A DNA stretch of 64,000 nucleotides, taken from positions 6,820,001 through 6,884,000 of the forward strand of contig NC_043014.1 in NCBI RefSeq assembly GCF_006345805.1. The letters are read 5' to 3'. Positions 11,296-24,798 of the stretch are shown here, in pieces. The notes beneath the pieces were generated by a model, which saw only the letters and a list, made by a program, of their open reading frames with translations, was not told where the DNA came from and did no database searches. Source of the DNA: Octopus sinensis. Taxonomy: Eukaryota. The translations under genes and the position numbers were made by a program. How positions within the stretch are numbered: position 1 is the first letter of the stretch; each line of letters starts with the position of its first letter.

Positions 11296-11528
11296 AGGCG
11301 GCGAGCTGGCAGAAACGTTAGCACACAAGGCAAAATGCTTAGCGGTATTTCATCTGCCGCTACATTCTGAGTTCAAATTCCGCCCAGGTCGACTTTGCCT
11401 TTCATCCTTTTGGGGTCGATTAAATAAGTACCAGTTAAGCACTGGGGTCGATGTAATCGACTTTATCCGTTTGTCTGTCCTTGTTTGTCCCCTCTGTGTT
11501 TAGCCCCTTGTGGTTAGTAAAGAAATAG
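11296..11528 (+). mobile_element. SINE family B (B1), full length
   Basis: GGCGGCGAGCTGGCAGAAACGTTAGC head, B box, B1 tail. Confidence 0.85.
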
Positions 11529-11795
11529 GAAGTAGGTGAGGGTTGGTAACAAGAAGGGCATGCAACCATAGAAAACCTGCCTCAATAAATTGTGTCTATC
11601 CCATGCAAGCATGGAGAAGTGGACATTAAAACGATGGTCATTATCATGATGGTATTTAATTACATGTTCGTAATTTGTATTGAGTGTAAATTCAAACAAT
11701 TGTAGGCAATGTTAATTAATAAATAAATAAATTTATAACCATTATATCTCTCCATTTTCTTAATTAATAATACATATATACACACACACACACAG

Positions 11796-11796
<1 letters not shown>

Positions 11797-11862
<66 letters not shown>

Positions 11863-11907
11863 CAGATAGATAGATAGATAGATAGATAGACAGACAGATA
11901 TAGATAT

Positions 11908-11945
<38 letters not shown>

Positions 11946-11954
11946 GGATAAAGT

Positions 11955-12016
<62 letters not shown>

Positions 12017-12083
12017 TAGATAGATAGATAGATAGACAGATATAGATATATAGAAAGATAGATAGACAGACAGATATAGATAT

Positions 12084-12121
<38 letters not shown>

Positions 12122-12178
12122 GGATAAAGTGATAGATAGATAGATAGATGGATAAAGTAATAGATAGATAGATAGATG

Positions 12179-12219
<41 letters not shown>

Positions 12220-12254
12220 GTAGGTAGGTAGACAGACAGACAGACAGAGATAGA

Positions 12255-12288
<34 letters not shown>

Positions 12289-12312
12289 AAGATAGGGATA
12301 GATAGATAGATG

Positions 12313-12378
<66 letters not shown>
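11797..12378 (+). repeat. (GATA)n/(GACA)n compound microsatellite, ~580 bp
   Basis: Seen directly. Confidence 0.95.
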
Positions 12379-12935
12379 ACCTTGAATTGAACCTTGAATT
12401 GGTTTCAGTTACCCAAGTAATATTAAACCCTGCAACTGCACAATGAAATCAAACCCGTAATCACAAAGTTGTAAAACAAACAGTGCAATGGGTTCACATA
12501 ACCAGCGAGTTTATATATCGTTGAAGTGCTCTCTGCAATTGAATTGAACCCACGATCAAGTGGTTGCAAAACAAACTTTCTAACTACCCCATCCACAGCT
12601 GCATATAAACCCCAAACACCGAGCGATCCATTATTTAAATGCACTGCTGCTCTTCTCTTGCAAGTACACGAATACTTGTTGAAATAGTTCTCAAAGAGAG
12701 AGAATTCAAAGTATTTCGTAAATAAACCAGTCTTTCGTTGTTCTTATATTGAATTTCTACTTCAAACGAGGTGTAGTGGTCGTGGTTGTGGAGTGCTAAA
12801 GGCTAAACAAACAAGAGGTGAAAGAACAATGTTCATCCGTCTATGAACAGGAAATCTGGGAAGCAGCTATTTGTGTTGTCGTTTGGCTAAAGGCGGCCTT
12901 CAAAATCATTCCACTTTACGACCATCCTTTTATTA

Positions 12936-13301
12936 TATTTCGTCTCTCGTTACGTTCTGAGTTCAAATTCCGCCGAGGTCGACTTTGCCTTTCATACTTT
13001 CGGGGTCAATAAATTAAGTACCAGTTACGCACTGAGGTCGATGTAATCGACTTAATCCCTTTGTCTGTCCTTGTTTGTCCCCTCTATGTTTAGCCCCTTG
13101 TGGGTAGTAAAGAAATAGGTATTTCGTCTGCCGTTACGTTCTGAGTTCAAATTCCGCCGAGGTCGACTTTGCCTTTCATCCTTTCGGGGTCGATAAATTA
13201 AGTACCAGTTACGGACTTGGGTCGATGTAATCGACTTAATCCGTTTGTCTGTCCTTGTTTGTCCCCTCTATGTTTAGCCCCTTGTGGGCAATAAAGAAAT
13301 A
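12936..13301 (+). mobile_element. SINE family B, two head-less tandem units
   Basis: Junction AAAGAAATAG|GTATTTCGTCTGCC at 13118/13119. Confidence 0.85.
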
Positions 13302-14084
13302 TATATTTCTTTAAAAAGAGGAGCTCTATCTTATCCGACATTACCACGTAAGCGTATCCCACCCCTACTGACTTTATTTCCTCATAACTTACAGGAAAAT
13401 TGGTATTTTTTGATGAAATTTTCTACAAATGCTTTTGAGATGGTGTAGATTACGATAAAATCGTATTTAATGTGAAAACAAATGGGGTGATCGATATGAT
13501 GAGGAAAACAAGTCGGCACACTTGTGCGGTTACGCCTATTAGCCAATATTTTGCTTTAGCTTATTTTTTATTTATGTTATTTATTTATGTTATTTATTTA
13601 TGTTATTTCGACATGGTAGTATGTGACTTGATTGGGATTTGTCAGGTATATGTGCAAGCAGGTGGAGTGTCTTTGGCTGGGAAAGATCAGGCAACGATAG
13701 GTTAATGAGGTAATTTGCGTAGATAATAAGTAAGAGGCTGAGTAAAAGACGAGATAGAGAGAGAGAGGAGAGGGGGGAAGAGAGAGAGAAGAGAGGGTGG
13801 CAGACAGGGAATGGGTAAGAGGCATAGAATGAAAGACAGAGAAACAAAGCGAGAGGGGGAAAGAGAGAGTAAGACAACGAGACGAGGGGGGGATCAATTG
13901 AACACGAACAAAGACCGAAAACGCTATAGAAAACAGAACGGGTGATGGGGAGAGGATGAGGGGGAGGATGAAGACACGTGGGGAGAGAGAAGAGGAAAGC
14001 GAAGGAAAAATTTAACTACTACTACTATTACTACTACTACAACTACTACTGCTATTATTATTATTATTGCTAAGTCCCGATGGG

Positions 14085-14835
14085 AAGGGCGCCCCTGTGT
14101 AGTGGTCTTTCGGCCTGTTAGAAATAGCAGCCAGATCTTCATAAAACTACGTCTACTGTCTGGAATAAAAAACAAGGACACGGTGGACAGTGTAGGCGCG
14201 CTAACGTTTGAATAATAAAATACTATATAGGATTGTCACGGATGGAACGCCTTCGATATGGTCCTCTCTGCCAGGGCTGTCTGTAGTTGCTCGGCCTGTT
14301 AGAAACAGCAGTTAAAGCTTCGTAAAACTACATCACCCATCATGAATAAACGAGGATACTGTGGATAATGTAATTAATCTTATGACTGAATAAAATAGAA
14401 TGGACTGTCACGGTTGGAATTAAATAGAAAGGGCTGTCACGGTCTTTGATACAATCTGCTTAGTCAGGACTGTAGTCGCCCAGCCTTGCTAGAAATAGCA
14501 GTTAAATCTCCATAAAACTATATTAAATAAATAAAGACACAGTAGGGTAAATATTTATGATTGTAGATAACGAAGGCAGTCATGTATGTATAAAATACAC
14601 AGGATTGTCATGGCTGGAACGCCTTTGATACAGTCAGCTACTCCGGAGCTCTAAACCATTTGGCCTTGCTAGAAACAACAGTTAAATTTCTATAAAACCA
14701 AGCAAGAACACAGAGGATAATGTAAGCAGTCCTAGAAACACTAGATGTGAATCATATAGATAAGACTGGCACGGTTGGAAGGCCTGTGACACGATCTGCT
14801 TTGCCAGGACTAACCTGGAGCTAAAACAACAACTA
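14085..14835 (+). repeat. Old degenerate tandem repeat, ~180-190 bp unit, about 4 units (probable SINE 3' module)
   Basis: The marker GCCT(G/T)(T/GC)TAGAAA(T/C)A(G/A)CAG recurs at ~14115, 14295, 14485 and 14663, each followed by ...GTCA(C/T)GG(A/T/C)TGGAA. More fragments continue to ~15730. Confidence 0.55.
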
Positions 14836-16304
14836 CTACACAACTAGTGATGCTGGTTTTGTTAGATGTGATGGAATAAGGAGGATGAAGAATTCCACGA
14901 ACGAAGACACAGAACGATGTAGTTCCGGCCACAACGATGAGATAGTCACAGATGGAGCGCCTTTTCATTATAGGGGCTATGAGAGTCACGGGGTCGACGA
15001 CCCGGGGCTAAACATCAATAACAGACATCATGCCAAAAGCGAACAAAGAAGACAGACTCCACGCGGGTAATCGACATGCTAGAAATAACAGCCAAAGTTT
15101 CCTTTAATTAGTCCCCCCCCAGTATGTTATGAAATAAAATGGTTGATGTAATTCTAGGTGTTGTATACAATGTCTGGATGTGAGAAATAGAATAAACGGC
15201 GTGATGGTCACGTTTTGATTAAGTAAAACGTCTGGTCTGAAGCTAAAAAAAACATTGAACAATATAGTTTTATGATGGAGATTGTGTAGAAAAGGCATAA
15301 ATGGTCTTCGAATTTCTTTTTCATCGTATGTCTGTCAGCTCTATAAGGCTTGACCTAGGGTTACATAAACTAGGGACAATTAAGTCTGAATTCGTAACTC
15401 TAAATTACTAGAGATAGTCGACAAATTTCCCTCTAATTACTATCTTAATTAATAAAAAAAGAGAGAAACGGTAGTGTAATTCTACTTGGATTTTTGGGGA
15501 GTGGCGGAAAATATATGAAAGGCCTCTCGAGTAAGGACCTGCTGCTCCATCTAGGGCTAAATAATAAGGAATGAACATTTCTTAACGTAGTTCTTTACAG
15601 ACTGTATAGAGAAAAGCTAAAATGGTCATGTCTAGGTTTTTTTAATATAGTTCTGGCGGATATGAATTCAAATAAGGAAGAAAGGAAGGCTGTAGGTGCT
15701 GTTGGAAGCTGTTAGAAATAGCAGCCAATCCCTCATCATATTATACACTAGACTCATGAAAAATAGAAGGAACTCATTGAATATACAGTAAATGATAATA
15801 AAACGAGATGGTCGCGATTGGATTCCGTTTGGTTATAGTTCTACTCGGGCAGAGACCGACTGGAGTGGATTAAAGAACTTAAAATCTACAGCGACGGCGA
15901 TGACGAAGGAATATATAAAATACAAACTGGAATCTATCAATAAATTAAGGAGAGATTTAAAGACATGAGGAGAAGAAGAAGGAGAAGAAAATCGTGCGAA
16001 AATTCCACTTACCAATTCTTGCAGTAAATACCGTTGAAAGGAGAAGCGATGCGGTTAGTTTAGGCTTTAATACAAGTCAGATAGAAATGGTAAAGACACA
16101 AATAAGACTTGGAATTTTAGCAGAGGAATATATATATATCCTTTCTTTGCTTGTGTATCCAATGCGTGTGATTTTGTCTGTTCATCATTTCATCAGGATC
16201 TCTTCACATTCGTTCTTTCTTTTTGTTTTCATTTCGACTCCAAGATTCTACGCGTTAAACGCACATTGCACACATACTGACAGCACTTGCTCACTTGCCT
16301 CGTG

Positions 16305-16806
16305 AAATATACATACATACATATATATATACATACATACATATATATATATATGTATATATATATATGTATGTATATATATATATGTATATATATATAT
16401 GTATGTATATATATATGTATGTATATATATATATATATATAATATGTATGTATATATATATATATATAAATATGTATGTATATATATATATATATAAATA
16501 TGTATGTATATATATATATATAAATATGTATGTATATATATATATAAATATGTATGTATATATATATATAAATATGTATGTATATATATATATATATATA
16601 AATATGTATGTATATATATATATATATAAATATGTATGTATATATATATATATATAATATGTATGTATATATATATATAAATAGTATGTATATATATATA
16701 TAAATGTATATGTATGTATATATATAAATGTATATGTATGTATATATATATATGTATATATATATATGTATGTATGTATGTATATATATATAAATGTATA
16801 TGTATG

Positions 16807-16846
<40 letters not shown>

Positions 16847-16852
16847 TGTATG

Positions 16853-16885
<33 letters not shown>

Positions 16886-16962
16886 ATATATATTATATAT
16901 ATATGTATATATATATATGTATGTATATATATATATATATGTATGTATATATATATATAATG

Positions 16963-16996
<34 letters not shown>

Positions 16997-17245
16997 TATG
17001 TATGTATGTATGTATATATATATAAATGTATATGTATGTATATATATATATATATGTATGTATATATATATATATATGTATGTATATATAATATATATAT
17101 ATATATATGTATGTTATATATATATATATGTATGTATATATATATATGTATGTATATATATATATAAATGTATATGTATGTATATATATATATAAATGTA
17201 TATGTATGTATGTATATATAAATGTATATATATGTATGTATATAG
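16305..17245. repeat. (TA)n/(TATG)n compound microsatellite, ~940 bp
   Basis: Seen directly; includes a recurring higher-order unit AAATATGTATG(TA)n. Confidence 0.95.
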
Positions 17246-17911
17246 GTATCCCTATAGAGCGCCGTATAAAGGAGGCAAGCAACGTTTGAACACGCAAAAA
17301 CACACTTTCTGCTTCGTTATTTTCATGTTTTCATGTGAAAAATAAATATTTCCCATAGAAAATTATACATCATCTGAAAAGTTCTAGATGTGAACTTTCT
17401 TCACAAATAATTTTAATTAAAATCCGACAGTCGCACTTGTCAGGGTCTCTCAAACATCCTGGTACTTACACCGATTTTCAAAGTTTGTCTAGGTTTTCTT
17501 CTTTCTTGCTCTCTTTCTTTCTCTCTTTCTTTCCTTCTTTCTTTCCTTCTTTCTTTTTTTCTTCCTTTTTTGTTTGTTGGACTACCGAACGTTAACCCTC
17601 CTCTTTCAGTGCCTCTGGAGCGCTTATAACAGCTGTGTTGAAAATCATTGACAAGAGGAATAAAGTTTTTTGCTTTATTTTGATTTTTTAAAAAAATCGA
17701 TGGGGTAGGCCAGCTAATGGTTATGAAATATAAAAGCGAAAAGTTTATTTTTAATTTTCACTCAGAAATTACATAAGACAAAAAAAATTAGTTTCTTGTA
17801 AATCATAAACTTTAAAATTTATTTTTTCCTAAAAAGCTACCCTCAAGACCTTGATGCGTAAAAACAAAAATGGGAAAATCCCTTTCAAACCGGAGAAAAT
17901 CCAACTTATGT

Positions 17912-18350
17912 GGGAGCCCGGATTTTTTCGGTTTGAACGGCAGTTTTTTTAAATAATTTCCACGTAACTAAACCCTTTTAAACTTCGTATACTGGTAGGA
18001 TGTGTTTATAAAACATCTTTTTCTCTTGGCTTTGTTGAGAAAATTCCATGGTTTGTAAGATGTTTGTTGTTGTTTTTTTCTTCAATTTCTGCTATTTCAA
18101 CCAATCAATGACGTCTATTGAGGTAAAAAAAAATATTCTCAGCCGTATGAATATGTCCTCCGTTTTAGAAACAGATTGGGTTTATTTACATTTGTGAAGA
18201 AAAAAAGATACCCTTCCCCCCACCCCTAACCCTAACCCTAAAACAGATGGAAATGCAATAGATTGCTACTAGGGTCATAATTATGGGTGACAATTTCATA
18301 TGACACCGCTAGAAAAAACTGCCGTTCAAACCGAAAAGATCCGGGAGCCC
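17912..18350. mobile_element. MITE-like element with ~38 bp TIRs and internal (CCCTAA)3
   Basis: Left GGGAGCCCGGATTTTTTCGGTTTGAACGGCAGTTTTTT; right AAAAAACTGCCGTTCAAACCGAAAAGATCCGGGAGCCC. TSD not clear. Confidence 0.65.
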
Positions 18351-18395
18351 TAATCCGAAACTCTGCCATATTTGATAATCTATGAAAATTTTATA

Positions 18396-18566
18396 GGCGC
18401 AGGAGTGGCTGTGTGGTAAGTAGCTTGCTAACCAACCACATGGTTCCGGATTCAGTCCCACTGCGTGGCATCTTGGGCAAGTGTCTTCTGCTATAGCCCC
18501 GAGCCGACCAATGACTTGTGAGTGGATTTGGTAGACGGAAACTGAAAGAAGCCTGTCGTATATATG

Positions 18567-18601
<35 letters not shown>

Positions 18602-18802
18602 TTGTGTTCGTCCCCCTAGCATTGCTTGACAACCAATGCTGGTGTGTTTACGTCCCTGTCACTTAGCGGTTCGGCAAAAGAGACCGATAGAATAAGTACT
18701 GGGCTTACAAAGAATAAGTCCCAAGGTAGATTTGCTCGACTAAAGGTGGTGCTCCAGCATGGCCGCAGTCAAATGACTGAAACAAGTAAAAGAGTAAAGA
18801 GT
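18396..18802 (+). mobile_element. tRNA-headed SINE, family A (~410 bp)
   Basis: Head GGCGCAGGAGTGGCTGTGTGGTAAG...GGTTCCGGATTCAGTCCC; internal (TA)n(TG)n; tail GAAACAAGTAAAAGAGTAAAGAG. Confidence 0.85.
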
Positions 18803-19025
18803 ATGCTGTCACGTCCCAAAATATCAGGATTTATTTAGTTCTATACAAACTCCAAATGTGCCAAAACTGAAGTCGCTGTGCTTTGTACTTTGAGATTTAA
18901 CAATGTATGAAAACAACATGTGATATGTAACAGAATGGGCTTTATAGAAATATTTAAAAAATTTGCCAAAAAGCAGTTTTCTTTCCGAGAAGCTGGACAA
19001 AAAAAAAAACCCAAGTCACTATTAG

Positions 19026-19431
19026 TATTCTCTTTTACTCTTTTACTTGTTTCAGTCATTTGACTGTGGCCATGCTGGAGCACTACCTTTAGTTGAGCAA
19101 ATCGACCCCAGGACTTATTCTTTGGAAGCCTAGTACTTATTCTATCGGTCTCTTTAGTTACGGGGACGTAAACACACCAGCATCGGTTGTCAAGCGATGT
19201 TGGGGGGACAAACACAGACACACAAACGTATACACATACATATATATATATATATATATACATATATACGATGGACTTCTTTCAGTTTACGTCAACCAAA
19301 TCCACTCACAAGGCTTTGGTCGGCCCAAGGCTATAGTAGAAGACACTTGCCCAAGGTGCCACGCAGTGGGACGGAACCCAGAACCGTGTGGTTCGTAAGC
19401 AAGCTACTTAACACACAGCCACTCCTACGCC
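19026..19431 (-). mobile_element. SINE family A
   Basis: Reverse complement of family A; tail-to-tail with the 18396 copy. Confidence 0.85.
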
Positions 19432-19436
19432 TATGT

Positions 19437-19678
19437 GTAAAAAAATCGTAAAAAATATGAATTTTCATAGAAAAGAAGCACCTTTTTGATGTAAATAATT
19501 TTTGGTGTTAACATGGTCCGATTTGAATTTTATCTTCTACGGAATGAAGAGCAAGCCTTCTTCTATCATACTCTTGATTTTGGTCAACTTGCGTCGCAGG
19601 GTCTTGGAGGAGATAGTGTTAGTTGAAGGCAGCCAAACCTACTATACACATACAACTTCAGCTTTATATAGAGAGAGA
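19437..19678 (-). mobile_element. Partial H1 Helitron (5' half)
   Basis: Matches the H1 interior up to CAGCTTTATATAGAGAGAGA; the CTAG end is missing. Confidence 0.75.
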
Positions 19679-19692
19679 TTTTCAACATGTAA

Positions 19693-19824
19693 TTTGTCTA
19701 TATTACTACAAATTTCAAATCTATCTTGAGCATCACAAAACATATTCTTTTCTATTCTTTTGTCTATATTACTACAAATTTCAAATCTATCTTGAGCATC
19801 GCAAAACATATTCTTTTCTATTCT
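19693..19824 (+). repeat. Direct tandem duplication of a 66 bp unit
   Basis: TTTGTCTATATTACTACAAATTTCAAATCTATCTTGAGCATC(A/G)CAAAACATATTCTTTTCTATTC x2. Confidence 0.9.
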
Positions 19825-19953
19825 AGGCACAAGGCCCAAAACTTTTGAGGAGGGTGGGCCAGCCAATTAGATCGACCCCAGTACAGAACAGGTACTTAAT
19901 TTATCAACCCTGAAAGGAGGAAAAGCAAAATCGACCTCAACAGAATTTGAACC
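19822..19953 (-). mobile_element. SINE family B (B2) fragment
   Basis: GGCACAAGGCCC...GGTACTTAATTTATC core. Confidence 0.6.
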
Positions 19954-20050
19954 TGCATGACATATATTGAAGCATTTTGGGTGTTATCTCTTGCATTGTG
20001 AACTGAACACATTCGTTAAGGTCATCTAAATTATATCTTCTTACTGGGGA

Positions 20051-20325
20051 TCATCATCATCATCATCATCATCGTTTAACGTCCGCTTTTCATGCTAGCA
20101 TGGGTTGGACGATTTTGACTGAGGGCTCGCGAACGGGATGGCCGCACCAGGCTCCAATCTTGATCTGGCAGAGTTTCTACAGCCGGATGCCCTTCCTAAC
20201 GCCAACAACTCCGAGAGTGTAGTGGGTGCTTTTTACGTGCCACCAGCACAGGGGCCAGTCAGGCGGTGCTGGCAATGACCTTCCTCGAATCTTTTTACAC
20301 ATGCCACCGGCAACAGGTGCCAGGA
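20051..20325 (-). mobile_element. Family C copy
   Basis: (ATC)n plus the reverse-complement C 3' end. Confidence 0.75.
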
Positions 20326-20634
20326 AGGCAATGGAGGGGGCGGGGTTAGAAAAAAAATTATTGCAGCCAAATGGAAAAAAACCTTGTTTATTGACAGCTA
20401 AACAAGATCCAACAGGAAGGAAAATAAAATTATAAAAACTTATGAAAGTTATAAAATTATAAACAAAATTTAAAATTTATACACTTTTAACACCTCAAAC
20501 ACCATAAACATAAACAGATGTCAGTTTCTTTTTTTTTTAATTACTATTTCACTGAAATAAGATAGGTAATTCCAAAACACCCTGTATATATACATACATA
20601 TATATATATACATAAGCATATCTCTAAAATTGTC

Positions 20635-21185
20635 AAGAAGGCCGTCTATTTAAAACTGTATACAGCTATGGTACGACCACACTTGGAATTCGCATCATCA
20701 GTTTGGAACCCCTATCTTGCTCAGAACATTGACCTCCTGGAATCTGTCCAGAGACGTGCAACCAAACGCATACCCTCCATCAGACACCTACCATATTCTG
20801 AGCGCCTTGTTTCCCTGGGCATGGATTCACTGAAGCTCGGGCGTCTGGCGACGGACTTGTTAGCACCCACAAAGTTATCAACCACCTCACCAACAACAAC
20901 AATGAACACCTCTTTGATCTCCATGTGTCTAACACACGTGGGCATGCCTACAAAGTCAGAAAACAACACAGCTCCCATGACTTTCGGAAACATTTTTTCA
21001 CGCTCAGAGTTGCTGAAGCATGGAATAAACTGCCTACGTCAGTTGTTGACTGCCATGACACTGCATCCTTTAAGGCCCTCATGCTTCCCGAAATCCGCCG
21101 AAACTACACCTGATTATATATACACTTTAGATGAGTTGTAGTGCACCTGAGCACTGTACACAATTATTATTATTATTATTATTAT
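20635..21185 (+). mobile_element. 5'-truncated CR1/L2-group LINE (RT C-terminus, 3' UTR, (ATT)n tail)
   Basis: LKLYTAMVRPHLEFASSVWNP...LESVQRRATK...YSERL, then after a frameshift TRGHAYK...FFTLRVAEAWNKLP. These motifs are typical of the CR1-group ORF2 C-terminus. Confidence 0.88.
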
Positions 21186-21332
21186 ACATTCTTTTACTTG
21201 TTTCAGTCATTTGACTTGGTAAAAAGTTGAGTGCTAAGGTCTAAGACATAAGAGGAGGGGTCTGTAAACAACTTTTATGAATTTTAATGAATATCTTGGT
21301 TTAAAATAAATGCCTCCGTTAAGCTTGTATGA

Positions 21333-21336
<4 letters not shown>

Positions 21337-21371
<35 letters not shown>

Positions 21372-21417
21372 TATAATATATATGTCTATATATATGATAT
21401 ATATATGTATTTATATG

Positions 21418-21471
<54 letters not shown>

Positions 21472-21474
21472 TGA

Positions 21475-21562
<88 letters not shown>

Positions 21563-21662
21563 GTTATATATATATATATATGTATATCTATATTATATGT
21601 ATATGTATATATATATATATGTATATGTATATATATATGTATATGTATATATATATGTATTA
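21337..21662. repeat. (TA)n-rich microsatellite
   Basis: Seen directly. Confidence 0.95.
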
Positions 21663-21734
21663 TATTACTTTTACTCTTTTACTTGTTTCAGCCATCCGGC
21701 TGAGGCCATGCTGGGGGCACCGCCCTTGTTGCTA

Positions 21735-21948
21735 CCCTCTCTAAGTCCAGTTTGCCGTGGCTGGCCATGATATAAGAGAGAGTTGTAGCTGCTGCCCTTA
21801 GGTTACCCTCGTACCTTGCATGGGTTCATCTGGGATCCCGGGAAAGCAGTTGTCTAGATGTTTTTTGAAAATGTCCACATCCGCATCATGCAGATCTCTT
21901 AGTTTTCTTGGCAGTTTGTTGAAAAGCTGAGGGCCCCTGAACCCCAGG
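21735..21948 (-). mobile_element. LINE 3'-end fragment, L2/CR1 group (second family)
   Basis: Minus strand translates to GFRGPQLFNKLPRKLRDLH..DVDIFKKHLD....IPDEP, matching the 'LFN.LP...FK..LD...PDEP' C-terminal pattern. Confidence 0.6.
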
Positions 21949-21949
21949 C

Positions 21950-22087
21950 TATATATATGTATATATATATATATATGTATATATTATATATATGTATATA
22001 TATTATATGTATATATATATATATGTATATTATATATATAATGTATATATTATATATATATATGTAGATATATGTAATATATATATG

Positions 22088-22126
<39 letters not shown>

Positions 22127-22142
22127 GTATATATATTATAAG

Positions 22143-22173
<31 letters not shown>

Positions 22174-22190
22174 GTATATAATATATTATG

Positions 22191-22224
<34 letters not shown>

Positions 22225-22844
22225 ATGTCTATATATATTATATTATGTATATTATATATATATAATGTATAATATAATATATATAGTATATATATATATA
22301 TTATGTATATATATATATAATGTATATATATATATATATGTATATATATAATATATATATATAGGTATACATATATAATTAATATATATGTATATATATA
22401 TATATGTATATATATATGTAATATATATATATGTATATATATATATATGTATATACTATATATATGTATATATAATTGTATATATATATATATATTATAT
22501 ATATATATATATGTATATAATATATATGTATATATATATATATGTTATATAATATATGTATATATTTATATGTATATATATATATGTAATATATATGTAT
22601 ATATATATATATGTATATATATATAATGTATATATATATATATGTTATATATAGATGTATATATTTATATATGTATATATTATCTATATGTTATATATAT
22701 ATATGATATATAATCTTAGATGTATATATATATATGTATATATCTATATTATGTATATATAATCTATATATATATATATATATCTATAGTTATATATATA
22801 GTCTATTATATATATATATATAGATCTATAGAATCTATATATAT

Positions 22845-22875
<31 letters not shown>

Positions 22876-22902
22876 TATATATATATGTATATACTATATA
22901 TG

Positions 22903-22955
<53 letters not shown>

Positions 22956-23172
22956 TAATATATGTATATATATATTATGTATATATAATATATATATATG
23001 TATATATATATATGTATGTATATATATTATATGTATGTATATATATATATGTATGTATATATATATGTATGTATATATATATGTTTATATATATATATGA
23101 TATATATATATATATATGTATATATGTATTATATATAGTATATATGTATATATATAATATTATGTATATATG

Positions 23173-23212
<40 letters not shown>

Positions 23213-23230
23213 TGTATATATATGTATATT
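21950..23230. repeat. (TA)n-rich degenerate microsatellite, ~1.28 kb
   Basis: Seen directly. Confidence 0.95.
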
Positions 23231-24537
23231 TAGAGGGCAAGCACTATGTGTCGGCTGTATGCTAGAAGTAGATCACCTATGATCAAAGTACAAAGAAAAG
23301 AATGTTCTCTAGAAGAAAATTCAGCGGACACCATAACATATCTTCATCTGGAAAAAGATTTTCTAACTAGAAAGGGTATGGCCTGGTCAGCCTGTAATGA
23401 TATACATAAGATCTGTCATCAAATCTAAGTAGAGACTTCAAATTGAAATCTTCAAAGCCACAGTCGAACCAATTCTACTATATGGCTCAGAAACCTGGAA
23501 CATATCAAAGAAGCTTGAAGGAGGAGGTTGGATGGAACTTACACTCACCTCCTTATCAGAGCTCAAAATCTCTCGTGGAAGCGTCATCCAACCAAAATGC
23601 AAATATATGGGAAACTACCACCTGTGTCATCTCTTGTGAAAGGTAAGAGAGTCCAGTTTTCTGGACATTGTTGTAGAGCTGAAAATGAGGCGATTTCTAC
23701 TCTTCTCCTCTGGAAGCCATCTACTCGCAATAGCAGAGGGGACACACTCTCCTACCCTGATGTAATCTCCAGGGATACAGGCATCCAGCAACAGGACCTC
23801 CATAATGCCATGATGGACTGTGAGGTCTGGCGTAACATGGTAAATTCCATTGTCTCGACCAGAAGAGTCCAGTTTTCTGGACATTGTTGTAGAGCTGAAA
23901 ATGAGGCGATTTCTACTCTTCTCCTCTGGAAGCCATCTACTCGCGATACCAGAGGGCGCACACTCTCCTACCCTGATGTAATCTCCAGGGATACAGGCAT
24001 CCAGCAACAGGACCTCCGTAATGCCATGATGGACCGTGAAGTCTGGTGTAGCATGGTAAATTCCATTGTCTCAACCAGAAGAGTCCAGTTTGCTGGACAT
24101 TGTTGTAGAGCTGAAAATGAGGCGATTTCTACTCTTCTCCTCTGGAAGCCATCTACTCGAAATACCAGAGGGTGCACACACTCCTACCCTGATGTAATCT
24201 CCAGGGATACAGGCATCCAGCAACAGGACCTCCGTAATGCCATGATGGACCGTGAAGTCTGGCGTAGCATGGTAAATTCCATTGTCTCGACCAGAAGAGT
24301 CCAGTTTGCTGGACATTGTTGTAGAGCTGAAAATGAGGCGATTTCTACTCTTCTCCTCTGGAAGCCATCTGCTCGCGATACCAGAGGGCGCACACTCTCC
24401 TACCCTGATGTAATCTCCAGGGATACAGGCATCCAGCAACAGGACCTCCGTAATGCCATGATGGACCGTGAAGTCTGGTGTAGCATGGTAAATTCCATTG
24501 TCTCGACCACGGTCGAACAATGATGATAATGATGATT
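23231..24537 (+). mobile_element. 5'-truncated RTE-type LINE with four tandem 216 bp (72 aa) 3'-terminal units
   Basis: IFKATVEPILLYGSETW...RVQFSGHC.R...LLLWKP...RGR motifs; units start at 23648, 23864, 24080 and 24296; (ATG)n-like tail after the stop. Confidence 0.8.
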
Positions 24538-24689
24538 GCTCGCTAAATGTACACATGTATTAGAATTTTCTCTGATTTTTCAGATTTTTGTATGCTAGGC
24601 TACTAGTTTTAAATTGATGTTAATTAAATTAATATTCAATTTATCTCCCTCATTATTTAAAATTTATATATATATGAAATTACTACGAT

Positions 24690-24798
24690 GATCCGGTTCT
24701 TGACTGAAGACTGAGGGTTTCGAATGTCCTGTCCGTGTTTATTGTATCGTCTTCTAAGAGTTATACATTCTTGTCCATGTTGTATTTTTCTACATACC

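Noticed and set aside
16295-17303. Ile-Tyr/Met-Tyr-Val repeat ORFs here and at 22.7, 41 and 49 kb, and the SIYL ORF at 11660
   Set aside because: Translations of (TA)n, (TATG)n and (GATA)n microsatellites.
18224-18241. (CCCTAA)3 as a telomere or fusion scar
   Set aside because: Only three units, lying inside a TIR element.
23528-24523. 331 aa ORF as a host gene
   Set aside because: It is the C-terminus of an RTE-type RT, with a disrupted upstream frame and a retroposon tail.
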